A stretch of DNA of 63,976 nt, filler included, from Blastocystis sp. subtype 4 (GCF_000743755.1; 6 parts of 6 records of this genome joined end to end with filler, not necessarily neighbours in it); one strand, 5' to 3'. Counted from the whole stretch's first letter, positions 49,393 through 62,483 are shown. Translations and numbers: made by a program. The notes: generated from the sequence alone by a model not told the origin.

Positions 49393-49759
49393 TCACTCCA
49401 AACCATAATCCCGTCGAAACTTCTCCTTCAGCTCTTTGGAGCGAACTGGATCTACTAAACCAGTTCTTCCATCCGTTCCGAGAGGACGACGAAAGAGAAG
49501 GACTGTTGTTCGTGGTCTACAGTTGAAGCCACATATTATACTTAACTTGTATTCACAGTAATGTTCCCATCCAAAACTCATTTGAATTCCCAAATGGCGC
49601 CATTCATCTTCTTTTAGTAATCGTCCTTTAGGAATAAGATTGGCAAATTCTTTTCGGATAGTAACCTGACTGATCGATTACATAATAGACAAAGGGATAC
49701 CGATACTCGTAATTCTCATCATTGAACGTTTCCCCGTATCTCTCCACAATCTGACTCAT
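49393..49759 (-). CDS. CKS1: Cyclin-dependent kinase regulatory subunit CKS1
   Basis: FNDENYEYRQV, IPKGRLLKEDEWRHLGIQMSFGWEHY, VLLFRRP. Confidence 0.93.
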
Positions 49760-49902
49760 CTCGATTAGAAGAAGTAGGAAATGGATTAAGAATCTCTAGA
49801 CAATAACTACTCCAGAAAATGGACCGATTTTAGTGTGTCAACTTGACAGGTTGAGCAGATGACATGGAAGTGTTTGAACAAACACCACAATGGAAAATAT
49901 CA

Positions 49903-50992
49903 TTACAGTTCGTCAAGGATCTCCTTTTCGATGTCATCAATGTCACCCATACTCACATTATCCATCTCCACATCACTCATTTCTTTTTCAATATCTAGCT
50001 ATGACAATATTTCACTGATGCTACCACTCAATCCATCAAAATCATAAATGTCCTCAACAGTTTGAACGACTTCAGGAATTGTACTTTGTGGAGCTTCAAT
50101 GGGTATGGGAACAGAGTCTTCCTGTTTCTGATGAGGTTCTTCCTGCTGTTGGTTACCGTTTGCTTCAGTTGTTGGATCCTTAGTTTCAGGTTCTACAGAT
50201 TCGACAGGCTCTGTTGGACTTTCGTGCATTGCAGGTTGTTCGGTTTCCACAGACTCATGTTTTGCACTATCTCTAGGTATGTTGGATTCCTCAGGAATCT
50301 TCTGTATCTCACGAGACCGGTAGTGATCAACAGTAGTAAATACATGGTACAGATAATGTCTCCAGAAGTGGTCATCCTAATCGATCACATTGGAACCAGA
50401 ATGGAACATCAATCAACGCATCTCGCTGAACAAGCAGAAAACGCGCCTTTTGTAATCTCTTATCGGCTTCACGAAGCCGTACTATGAGCCGAGAATTGGA
50501 ATCTGGACTATAGCGAGGATCATCACTTTCCTCCACTTCCTTCACAAATGTATCTAGATCCTTTGATAAATCCAATATTGATGTTTTTAATTCATTTTTC
50601 ACCTGTGGATCCTTTGAGAACTCTGGAAGCAACCATGGAACAACGACAATATCTTCACCTATTCATTATTAATCCTTTTCATATGTTACCATTCAATTCT
50701 TGTTCACGAGCATTGATTTCTTCGTACAGCTCTTCTCCTTGTTTCTTAATTTCACCATACAACTTCTGATTCCTAATTCATTCGTCCTGAACGTACAATA
50801 GCTTCATTTGCACTCTTATCGACTAGGTCTGCTGCAAACTTCGTTACTTCTGTTGAAGCTTTTTTGATTGATGACAGAAAAGCTATTCATAACACAATTC
50901 GATTCATGCAAACATCCAAATCCCCAACCACCTCCTCCTGTAGATCCACTTTCACTCTAGATAAGACTATCTAAAATGAATCATACAGACAT
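49903..50992 (-). CDS. BSD-domain protein (SYAP1-like)
   Basis: GGGWG N-terminus, VPW, ILDLSKDLDTF, DKRLQKARFLLV..DDHFWRHYLYHV, acidic tail. Confidence 0.78.
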
Positions 50993-51033
50993 TGCAATGG
51001 AAAAGTATCGTCAACTTATGGAACAAAGAGTGG

Positions 51034-53504
51034 TACATGAAATCATTACTAGCAACTACTTTCCTTTTTGTAGACTTCAGAGATGTCAAAAAAGGGCCTA
51101 AACCAGTATCATTAATTGAACTAAGAGAAGGAGCTGGATCAACCATCCTGTATTCAGGAGCAGACTGAATAGATAACCGAGAAGACGGTTCCGTCGGTAA
51201 AGGATAGGATTGACGTATCATAATCCTCTTAGGTGAAACTGTTGGTTCTTCCTTCTTCTCATCTACTATCTGAACATCCACAAGAGGTTGCTGACAAGCA
51301 GATTCTTCAGGAGACTTCATGGAAGATTCCGACTCATCGGAACAGCAGCACAACCAATGACGTGATGTTTTGTTGTCATCCGATGGAACTGGTTCGATTA
51401 ACGAAGAATCTGAGAGAGAGGGAGATTGAGGTACATCACTCGGAGAAGCGAACGATATCTGATCAATAGAACAACGCTCAACTTCTCTAGTCAGTGAGAT
51501 ATGTAGAGAAAGCTTACCGTAGTTGTCGCTCTAGATCTCGACTCCACCAGTATCCTTGTTGATCAGGCGTATCAAATTGAGATGAAGATGTGGATCGCTG
51601 AGAAGACACAGAGGAGGATCGTAGCGAAGAAGAAGATTGTTGAAATACCACTGGCTCAAGAGAGGTTTGTGTGAGAATATCGTTGAATACAGAAGGAATG
51701 CCTGGAGCCCATCCTTCTAATCCAAAGTCCTCAGTAGGAGAAAGACGTGTGGCTGGCTGAAGAGTAAATTGCTTCCGCTGAACCTTATAGTGCTTTAGAA
51801 AGTCAACAGCTGTGGAGAAAGATGCAAAACAGTAACTGAATATGAGGAAAAGAAATGATCCATACTCCAGTTCATTATTACGAGAATGCATGAAATCGAA
51901 ATCGTCCATGAACTGGACTTGAGCAATAACATTGGTCAATGGAGATTCTACGATAACCAGAATCAATAAAGGAAGTTGATCGTCACTTGTAATGTGATGA
52001 ATGATGGCTACAATTGATATGGATAATCATGCTAACATTTCCTTAGCAGAATCCGTTCTTTGATTTCTGATGTAAGAATACGTAGTGCCTGCCAAATCAC
52101 ATTCAATTTCCCAAAGACACTATGTTCATCAGAAATGCGAAGAAGAACTGTTGAGGCTCGTTGAATGATATCAGGATAATAGCAGAGCGCATCTAGGCAG
52201 ACATCTTCAGGTTGTAAGCCTCCTGCTTTCTATACTTCATCACTTAATTTCATATCTACTCGGATAGATGATAATGTACATTGAAGAGAGATCTCCTCTT
52301 TCATGGAGTTTTCAATCAGATTATCCATAATCTGCACTTCAGATCAAATCGATCCTCTACCTTTGAATAACATCCTTCGATAAAATAAATTTCAACAACA
52401 CGACGCAAAAACAACTGGATCATCAGCGATGACGAATACAGGGAATTATGCTGACTGACCTCTGTTTGGAGTATGTTACACTCTAAGATAATCCACTGCT
52501 TTAACTTCACAATTGCATCAGCAATAGATTCATTGCTGCTGTTCATCACGTAGTTGTGATTAAAAAAGTAGAATGAAGAAGACTAGCACTATTTCATCCA
52601 TAGGATATAGAAATACTCTTGTCAATTGAGTGTTGAAGTTCCTGAGCAGTGGGTCCACTCACAAAGTAATTTAATACCTCTAAAGTCAAAGCTGAACAAC
52701 AAAAGTACCGGACAGTCGTCCAGAATGGAAACAGACATTTGATTCTGGAAACACTTGTAATGGAAAATAGCTTCCCTCGAGGGGTTTGTCAATCAATAAA
52801 ATGCGGAATTCATATTTAGAATCCACAGAGATTACATCATCATAGAGAATCTTGCAATATCGTTCCTCCGAGAAACCGACTCCATTCCACTTGTCCGTCT
52901 ATTTAATTCACTCAATCAACGATGTACCTTTGTTTGAATGAACTTTTTGTTTAACTCAACCGTCTTTCCCGAATATGTCATAAATTCGCCTTTAAATATT
53001 GACGACGATGTAAACACATGGCTTTCTAACAGTTAATACGAGTTGTACGATGATACCAATAAATGAAAGGGTTAATCGTTTGTTTGGTAATGTACTTGAT
53101 ATGGGGATAGCGAGAAATACACTCTGATTCAAGGTATCTTCACGGATATGCTACAGATAAGACAATGATGCCACCATAAACAGGAACAAATTGCAGTATG
53201 GAAGTAAACATGGGATTTGACACAACCGACTCATCTCCAAAGCTGTACAAATCCAGAATTCGTATCATCTCATTTTCTTCGTAGTAGGAGATGTATTTGC
53301 ATATGCGAAAATAGATTTGTGTTTCAGATACAGTATATTCTAATCACAACAGTCATAGTTAGTTTGTCATGGAATCGGTTCAGTATGAATCTGGAATGCG
53401 ATATCAGAAGTGCAAATAAGACATCTAATCAGACTTTCTGTTCTATTCTATCTTTCATACTATATGCAGTTTACACAAACCATCAAACTCCATTTTTGTT
53501 CCAT
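51034..53504 (-). CDS. Second VPS9-domain Rab GEF (paralog of 29212-31436)
   Basis: LLIDKPLEG; ITSDDQLPLLILVIV; YCFASFSTAVDFL. Start approximate. Confidence 0.75.
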
Positions 53505-53530
53505 TGAGTTTTTCATTATACCCTTTATCC

Positions 53531-55205
53531 ATGGATGACGATAATCAAAATTCACAGTGGAAAGTAATCCAGAGAACATGGAAGGATATGGTATCACGTT
53601 GTTCTCGGAAGTGTCGTATTCCTAAGCAACTCATTGTTTTTACCTTAATTATCACTGGAGTCGTATTATACACCGTTCTGAATAACAAAGTTCTCCGGAT
53701 TTCTGATGAACTACTCTCTTTGCAAAAGAAAGCTGATATTAAGGAGTCGTTTGAATCTCGAGCTATTGAAATGAAGATTCCCAAGAGAGAAGAGAGTTTA
53801 CTTGTTTCTACTGTCACTCCGAAAGAGAGTACTTCAATAAAGAAGAAACCAATCTGGGGAGAGTCTGCTAAGACTGAACATGAATACGAAAAGAAGAAAG
53901 CTGCAAGGGCACATCTTCGAGAGCAGAGTGGAGTGTCAAATCCTGAGAACTCTGTAGCAATTGGCTCCAATATCACAATTGAAGGAACTCTGTCTCAAAT
54001 CTTACCAACCATTGTGAGTGATGAGGAACGAGATCCAGCATTTTCAATCAGCTACAGGTTCAAGTATCCTGCTTTTGTGATTCCTCCACCATTTACTGTG
54101 GAAACGAATCCTCGAAACACTCTACCCGTTATTTCTCGTTTTTTCCAAGAATTGTCGAGTCATAAGAAGGAGGATTGTATCGGTGAGGACATTTGTGTGC
54201 ATCCTTCTAAGTATGTTCATCTCTATACTAACTGGGACTGTAAGGAGAAAACCTGTCAGCAGGATAATGATTACATTGTGTATTTTCAACCCGAATATAC
54301 GACAGGATCCATTGATATCATGGAGTATGGTTCTCTTCCTTTTAACTACGACTGCAATTGTTATTCAGATTACAAGCAAATCTCTGTCTCTTCTTCAGCT
54401 CATAAATATGAGATTCCAGGAACTGTGGTCTATTTGTTGGTTTCCAATGGTGCTACGTTCCATCATTTTGTCGATTCCGTCCTTCCCAAACTTCTCCAAA
54501 TGGAATCGATTCTGAATGATCCTTCCATTCGTTTTCTTGTTGACTTATCCCCTCAATATCCGATTGTGGAAGAGTTGTATGATCGTCTGGGGATTACAGC
54601 CAAACGACGAATTGATTATCGCAGTATCAAAAACCTAGGAGATGTTATCTCGGCACAGCGACTGGTTCTATCATGTAAGACCCCTCCTCTTCATCCCTAT
54701 TTGTGGCAGAGAGCGCAATACCTGTTGAAGCTACCTCACATCATGTTCCCTAATCAGTATCTGCCTTCAAGCATTATTTATCTGTCAAGAAGGAAAGGAA
54801 CACTGAGTGGTGGTCGGCGTGTTACCAATGAGGGAGAGTTAGAGCAGCATTTAAAGCAGTTTGCACAGAATAATGGATATAATTATGTGCCCTTCTTCCA
54901 CACCGAATATAAGACCCTTGAGGCCACTATGGAATTGTGGTCAACTGCCGTAGCGGTCATTGGACCTCATGGAGGTGCCTTCACGAATATGCTGTTTGCT
55001 CCCAAAGGAACGACGGTTGTTGAATTCCTTCCGAATGGAGTGATCTTCACGGGTCGTACCTTCAAGGAGCATTTGGCTCCTTATCAACAAGCGATGGCTC
55101 TTGGTCATAAGTACTATGCGGTGATGTCACAGTTCTCCAAACGAGACGATATTGTTGTAAATATTCATGAAGTGTTAGATATTCTTAATGGGATTCAAAG
55201 ACAGT
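53531..55205 (+). CDS. GT61 (DUF563) type II glycosyltransferase, intronless
   Basis: TM LIVFTLIITGVVLYTVL; FHHFVDSVLPKL; IYLSRR..RRVTNE; GPHGGAFTNMLF..VVEF. ORF runs to 55228, probable poly(A)-made stop at 55205. Confidence 0.88.
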
Positions 55206-55349
55206 TCTATGTTTGTATCAAACCTTAGTTAAGAATTCTAAGCAGTGATGGTAAAAGAATGGCATCCTATTACTAGTACCTCTAAAATGACTAACCCGCC
55301 AAATTGAGTGATTTTCAAAAACAAATCAATGATACAACCTAGAGTACAA

Positions 55350-55694
55350 TTATTCTCCACGGAACTTGGTCACAGCCTTGGTTCCCTCCGAAATAGCGTG
55401 CTTTGAGAGTTCACCAGGAAGAATCAGACGCACAGCAGTCTGGATCTCTCTTGTTCCCACAGTGCTCTTGTGATTCACACGAGCCAAATGACCAGCTTCA
55501 GTCACAATTCGCTCGAAGATATCAGAAACAAATGAGTTCATTACAGCCATTCCTCTCTTGGAAATACCACGATCAGGATGCACTTGCTTCAACACCTTGT
55601 AGATGTAGGTGGCATAAGAATCGACCTTAGTGGTTCTTCTCTTCTTCTTGTCATCAGCAGCATTCTCAACAGCGATCTTCTCGTTTTCAGACAT
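55350..55694 (-). CDS. H2B: Histone H2B
   Basis: [68 protein letters not shown]. Confidence 0.97.
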   Translation of the reverse strand: MSENEKIAVENAADDKKKRRTTKVDSYATYIYKVLKQVHPDRGISKRGMAVMNSFVSDIFERIVTEAGHLARVNHKSTVGTREIQTAVRLILPGELSKHAISEGTKAVTKFRGE

Positions 55695-55756
55695 GATTGA
55701 AATAGTTTTTGACACTTTTCCTATTCAAAGAAGCCAAAGCGCGGCAGGATTATGAT

Positions 55757-55862
55757 AAACCAATCATCATCAGATATTTGAAATAGGAGAATATTATTGG
55801 TCTATTTGTATTCGAACACTTTTTCTTAATCCAATCATCTCTCAGAATTTCGAATTATTGGT
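55757..55862. promoter_or_regulatory. CCAAT-box-rich histone promoter, possibly bidirectional
   Basis: CCAAT at 55760 and 55831, ATTGG at 55796 and 55857, upstream of H2B. Confidence 0.6.
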
Positions 55863-55919
55863 CAATCAAAAATCGTTTGGATTCACTTCAGTCATTCTTG
55901 GAGGCAATTTGAATTGCCA

Positions 55920-56019
55920 NNNNNNNNNNNNNNNNNNNNNNNNNNNNNNNNNNNNNNNNNNNNTTAATTAATTAANNNNNNNNNNNNNNNNNNNNNNNNN
56001 NNNNNNNNNNNNNNNNNNN
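55920..56019. other. Assembly gap with linker
   Basis: N44-ttaattaattaa-N44. Confidence 0.98.
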
Positions 56020-56020
56020 C

Positions 56021-56167
56021 ATTGCTCGCTCGAACAATCGTGTGTATCTCACTTCCGATTCTCTGCTACTGAACATCATGAGCGATTCTGGAGCCAATGA
56101 ACGTATGCGTAAGGATGCCACTGTGGAGGAGTCTGTGGAGAAACATGTGGAGAAGACAGAATGGTAA
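56021..56167 (+). CDS. PHB2: Prohibitin-2 C-terminal fragment
   Basis: IARSNNRVYLTSDSLLLNI resembles the PHB2 C-terminus; TGTTTGTT follows the stop. Confidence 0.72.
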   Translation: MARSNNRVYLTSDSLLLNIMSDSGANERMRKDATVEESVEKHVEKTEW

Positions 56168-56248
56168 GAACTTGATGGGTCATTTGTTTGTTGGAAAGAA
56201 AGAATTGTGAATTCTTCAAAACAATTTCTAATAGTACATAAATCAAAA

Positions 56249-56661
56249 TTAGTTGTTGTCGCTCCAAATCCTTTCGCAATTGGCACATCGGTAGAATGTG
56301 GTCATAGGTTCATCAGCTGAACGGATCTGAATCTGCTGGAAATAAGCAGTATCATGTTCACAGTAAGGACAACGGGCTACAAATCAATAACACCATGAAC
56401 ACACACCTTCCGTCTTTGCAGCATTTTCCCATTGTGCAGCACCTCCTAAAATATCTTCCACCTCCTTACGCTTCAATTCCAAACGAGCCGAAACCTAGTC
56501 ATTACATTTCCTTTTAAAACCTACAATTTGGTTTACATCGGCAATGTAAGGGCAAATACTACAAAAGAATCGTAATCTACCAGTCTACAATCGCAGGACT
56601 TCCCCTTTCTTACTCCTGTTTCGACTAGAAGAAGACATCCACAGTTGGGACAAAAATACAT
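56249..56661 (-). CDS. RPC11: RNA polymerase III subunit C11
   Basis: MYFCPNCG, FFCSICPY, KEVEDILGGAAQWEN, CPYC..QIQIRSADEPMTTFYRC. Confidence 0.93.
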
Positions 56662-56842
56662 TTGAATTCAAATTGAATAGACACTAACTAAAAGGAATAA
56701 ATCGGGACACACTATTATGTGTAGGAACGACCCTTTATTTTCTCTCTCAGTAATTTTTCTGGTATAAGTTTCGTCTAATTCCCACCATAATTCTATCTCT
56801 TCTGTCACTTTAATCATCCATTGCAAAAGGTGATTCTGTGAA

Positions 56843-58658
56843 ATGAGGGCTTCTTCTCTTCTCGTTTCCTCTAGAGATACTGTGATAATGGAATAGGTAT
56901 TGTGTATTCTTCCTACGTTGATTACCTGCTTCAAGTCATCTTTCAACTCATATGAATTTTTTGGAGCCTCATTTGTCTTCAAAGGAATGTATATGTTCAG
57001 CAAACAGGATTCTCCCAGTTCAAGGTGAAAGACATCTTCCTTAGGATGACAAGTAGAAAGGATGGAGTCTCGAGGATAAAGTTTAATTATACAGCAACGG
57101 TTCTAGAGCCAAATGTTGACTCTCTGTCAGAAATGGACGTGGGTTTTGGATAATTGACTTCTAATTTATAGGTTGCGATTTTCCCTGAATATGTATTTGA
57201 AAGAGTTGGATACACTGATAAGAACAATAAACGGGTTCTATGTTGTGATTCAGAAGCAGTTAAAGTAGTTCTATCGAAGAGCTATTATTATATAGGCAGG
57301 AAAGTGCTCAAATCAAGGCCATGTTCTTGTTCCAAAGGAATTAGCTGATCAATGCGCAGTGAAAACTGCCTCTTTGAAGTGCCATATTCCTTGGTACATT
57401 GACGGAATAGAGACAAAACCAACAAAGGAAGTCTTTCCTTCGATGTTCAGAAAACAGGAATCTACTTTTTAGTAGCCATTTCGTAAGGACTGCAATCCAC
57501 AATCATTCGTAGCTGTGACAATCGTGCGGGAACAGTTCGTTTCGAAGGTGATTATGAAGCAACGAATCCCTATGGAGAATTGCCTGCTCCGATGTATGGC
57601 TCACTTCCTTTCACATGTCTTCTCTTTGTCGGATACATCATTCTGCTTACATGGTGGCTCTATATGTGTGTTAAGTACGCAAAGGAGATCATGTCTGTCC
57701 ATATCATTGTCTTAGTAGTCTTGGGATGTTTTGTGGTGGACATGGGAGTAAAACTAATATATCTCACAGTGTATAACCATGTGGGACATCCAGTATTCTT
57801 ATTATCCATTCTCTCAATCGTGATTGATTGTAGTACAAGGACATTAACTCGCATTTTGACACTCTTTGTATGTATGGGGTAAGTAATAGGAATATCTTCA
57901 TCATTTAGATTGGGAGTTACAAAGACCAATTTAGATGATACATTGATCACATGTGAATTTATCATATTTGGTGTAGCATATTATATTATTGCATTTGGAG
58001 ATTCATATCTGAATATCTATCCTACAACAGATAAGACAATTGAACTAATTCGTTTCATACTGACTTCATCGTAATCTCATCATTATATGTCTAATTCTTA
58101 GGATTGATGCTATTGTGTATTTCTGGATCTTTGTTTCATTGATGAATACCATGGAAACATTAGCAGCACGCAAGCAGGAAATGAAATTAACCATTTACAA
58201 GAAATTACGAACTCTCTTTGTTGTATCTATTCTTTTAGCTACAATAACCTTGGTTGGGTTCAGTTATGTTGTATTGAATGATCTATCTGCTCAGATCTGG
58301 AAGTATCAGTGGTTGTAAGAGTATGAGAAAGGAAGTTAAGATTAGTATCAATGATGGAATATGGGGATTATTCTATTTCACATTGTTTGTCGTGATTATG
58401 ATCATGTGGATGCCATCAGAAAATACCTCAGCTTATGCTTATCATATTCAACTATCTACAAGTGAACAAGCTGTAAGAGAAGGATACGAAAATGATTTGT
58501 AGAATGAGGAGAGTTTACCAGAGGATTCTCTTGTTGTATGTGTGTGATGAAGAGTTGATAGATAGGATATGGATGATTCTGGAGATCATGTGGTTGTCCA
58601 AGGAGTTTCCTCTGAACTAAAACCAATGCAACTTGTCGAATTGGTACAGAAAGAGTAG
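56843..58658 (+). CDS. GOST / lung seven-TM family protein (TMEM87/GPR107-like)
   Basis: Signal peptide, NPYGELPAPMYGSLPF, TRILTLFVCMG|LGV, YFWIFVSLMNTMETLAARKQEMKLTIYKKL, MWMPSENTSAYAY. Confidence 0.88.
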
Positions 58659-58698
58659 TCGTGATTATGAATTGTGAGCTTGTTTTCACAAACAATAC

Positions 58699-59809
58699 AA
58701 TAATGAGACAGTAATTCATCTAAAGTTGACAGTCGTTTGATCAATCCACGTAAAGGACGTTCTATTCATTATACTTCTCTCCTCCTTGTACCTTTAGCAA
58801 ATCGTTCTACAATTGCAGGTTCTAGTTCTTTCCACCATGGTGAATCGTCATTCATCCGTTTTAACAGAGGTTGTCGCCAGAACGAAGTGTTTCCTTGTCG
58901 TGTATCCCGAATCACTTGTTCTTGATTCCGTTCCACTCTTGTAGCATGAAAGACAGGATAATCTTCACGTAGTTTCTGTACTGTGGCTTGCTCGAGTGCT
59001 AGCTGGTTCTTGAGAGCAGTAATCTCGGCTTTCAGGGCAAGTTCTTTATCTTTCTTTCTGTAAATCTCCCATTATAAACATACTTCAAGCTCCCGTTCTC
59101 GTTTGATTGTTTGTGCATTTCGCAAAAGAAGAGCATTTTGCTTCTGTTGGTTATCCTAGATGTCACAAACACTAGCAGAGACAACAAATGTCGATGAAAT
59201 CGATGCCAGATCTGAGGCATCCCCCGAAAACAGAGGCTTCGGAAAGAATCGTTCCTACGTGTAATATCCTTAAGATTCTCTCACATCCAATTTGCGAGTG
59301 GAAGATTTGATGATCCGATCTATAAGATGTATCACATCATCTCTTCTAGGTTCTGGAACTGTTGCTAAAATGGAACTACAGAGATATTCTTTTGAAAACA
59401 TATACCTTTTAGCTCGTCGAGCATATTGAAGCAAAATGTGCCTTGATGATCCAGATAAAGGCTTCCATGACCGTTTTGGCTTCTTTGACCAAGCAGAATT
59501 CGAAGGAACAAAGAATGGAAACCTCCGTTCTGTTAGTTCATGTTGATTTTGTATTACTTGGGTATCCGCTTGACTATTGTTCTCTTCTTCTTCTTCCACA
59601 GTGGGCGTTACAACATCACTTCCATAATCACCTCCATCTCTGTTAATCAACACCCCCATATTCCTTATTCGGTGTTGTCTCATTTCGAATACAGAGAGGA
59701 TAATCGATTCAAAAGATACGAAAATAGTTCTGTTTTGAGGTTTTCCTGACTCGTTCCGAGTTTTGTGTATACAACAAATACGGCCAATTTCACTTCCTTG
59801 TGATTGCAT
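58699..59809 (-). CDS. Unknown multi-exon protein with coiled coil
   Basis: Exons ending ..SPWWKELEPAIVERFAK|ERPLRGLIKRLSTLDELLSHY; stop probably made by poly(A). Start approximate. Confidence 0.55.
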
Positions 59810-59820
59810 TCTCGTTGAAA

Positions 59821-62316
59821 ATGAAACGTTCAGCTCCGGAATCGAGTCATGGGCGTGGCACGAATCCGAAGAGAATGACTCAGTCCACTGCAGGGGAGAA
59901 AGAGTGGAAATGGAACCATTACTTCGGAGAGGTGGATCCAACGATCCGTAGTCAGATTGAGATGGATGATGTTGCACTCTTCAGTGTTACTGTTGATAAA
60001 GATGCAGATGTGATCACCAGTTGTCTCAGCCAGTATCTCCCACGGTTTGCCACTATCTGTGATGCAACAGCTTGTGTTGGAGGAAATACAATGTCATTTG
60101 CGAAGTTCTTCACGAATGTGACATCTGTTGAGATGGACCGTGGACGATACGAAATGCTGACAAAAAATGTAACACTCTTGGGATATCAGAATCGTGTCCA
60201 TCCGGTGAATGCTGACTTCCTCCGATTTAAAGAGACAATGCCCTATTTTGATTTCATCTTCTTTGATCCTCCGTTTGTATTCTTTGGTGATTTCATTGTA
60301 GATGGGGCGGAGAGGATTATCAGAATATGGGTACAATTGATATGTACCTTTCCAATATATCGATAGGAGATGTGATAGCATCGTTGAAACACAAAGCACG
60401 CTATGTAGCTCTGAAGTCTCCTCAGAACTTCAATCTTGCTGCATTTGAAAGAAGAATTGGAGCAAAACAAATCATTTACAAAGAGTTTCAAATCAGTAAA
60501 CGGAAGGGAACATTCTGGGTCTTCACTCTCTACGAATTTGAGTCTGAGACTTGTAGCCCTCTCCTTTCCATTCAATCCATAGATGGAGGCATTCTTCACA
60601 TGCTCTCGCCTGCGCTTCCACGATCCATTTTATCTTCCATTCAGCTTAATTCACTCACATCTCTTCAAGCACCTTCTCATCAAGAAGCAGAATTCATCTC
60701 GCGACAAATCCAGAGTTACAGTCCTTCAGGCATCAATGTGCTTGTAGAATTATCTGCTCAATTAGGAGTCCAATCGATGTCCTTTATGGCAAATCACTTA
60801 TCTCACAGTCATATGATGTGTTCATCAATGGTTCCTCAGTTATGCAGTAATCTCACTGGTTTTATCGATCATCTTCATGAAGCAGCCCCCCAGGCTCACT
60901 ATGTCCTTGCAGAGAAACACTCTCTATTTCGCACTATTCCTAGTGAAGTGCGTCGTCTCGTTGCAGGAAGCAAGCTGGTTGTTGTATACGAGGATGTGTA
61001 CGCAGAACTAGATTCACTTGAAGCCATCCAAGGCAAGAAGGCAGTGACAATAGGAGGTCTGTCTTTAGAGAGTGCTGTTCAGCGAATGTGTGAAGACTCG
61101 TGTTGGCAGACCTGTGAGTGTTTACTCGTACTTCGTGTCCCTCAGTGGCTGGAGAAGCGGATTGTGTCTGCCTGTGCTTGCTTCCAACTGAAAGTTGATA
61201 CATTCGAGCAGAAAGAACAGTACATATCGAGTTGTTCATTCACTCTTAGAGCTTCTTCCTTCTGTCTTCCTCACATTTCGTCTCTAATTGCTCTGACTCC
61301 AACGTATCCATCTCATAATACCCATGTCCAACTCACCACAATCTGGTCACCCAAACCCCCGACACTTCTTCATCGACAACTTGATTCTATCTTCTCTACA
61401 GTTCTGAATGACCGTGAGCCTGCTCTCACTGCTCTCTATCACTCTCTTCTCCAACTCCCAAGTAAGAAGGATGAAGATATCTTTGCTGCTGCTCACATTG
61501 CGTATCTTAACTGCTTCCACCGGCAGTTATCGGACCCATGGGATCGTGTATCTGCCCAAAAGGTTGATCGAAGCATTGTTCGTGTGTATGTTAATAAGAT
61601 GAAGTATGTGGACGCTGTGGTGCCTCTGGGTTTCCGTCCTTCACAGATTGTGTGTGTTGGAGGTGTCGATGCTCATCTGGCCCATGAGTTAGTGAAGATG
61701 TACTCGCTCTCTCAGCCCAAACAAGCACTTGTACTAGGAGAAGGAGATCGTCGTGCTCAGGAACAGCGTTCTGATTATGTTTTCTCATCATATCCTCCAA
61801 AGAAAGAGGAGAATTGGGCCAAATATCAAGAAACGATTACTGCTTGGGTGAAGGAACAATTGGACGCTGTTGATGAAGTGGATATGGTTGTAGTGTGTTG
61901 TGCTCATGATATTCCTTTCTTCGGAACCATTCTCTCTCAATTGATCCACCACATGTCTAGTGATGCTGTTGTGATTCTTAATGATCACAGTGTAAACACT
62001 CCACAAGAACGTGTGTTGCTAGAGATGGTTCATGATTTCCATCGACAGGTTACGTGTACGAAGGTGTTACCTCTTCTAGATCGCGAGCAAATCAACTCGG
62101 ATTCCATGATTGATGAAGATGATCGTTGTCTCTACTTGAACAAGGAGCAATGGGAAGCAAAGCTAAAGTCCTATGGTCTCCAGCGAGTGGAGAATGAACG
62201 TAGTCTTCCTTACTGGAATGTATCGGACCCAACAAACCTTTTAAAGTGGGAATATAGAATGGTAATAATGTTTAGATCTTTTTGGGGCTGTTTTTCGTAT
62301 GTTGGTTTGAGAGATT
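59821..62316 (+). CDS. Tgs-type RNA cap guanine-N2 methyltransferase fused to two degenerate methyltransferase-like domains
   Basis: ALFSVT, ICDATACVGGNTMSFA, SVEMD, FFDPP|WGGEDY, ALKSPQNFN, then a ~650-aa extension. Confidence 0.82.
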
Positions 62317-62483
62317 CCTGTGTTTGTTTGTCAAACAAGTGTGTATCATTATTCGAATAGGATAACAGGATATAATCTAGAAATCTGGGATTTCGAGCGA
62401 ACAAGAATTAGGGACACTTCTGAGAGATAAAGACCCAATAACCATATTCCAAGAAACTGTTATTGCTCTCTGTAACAAACACG

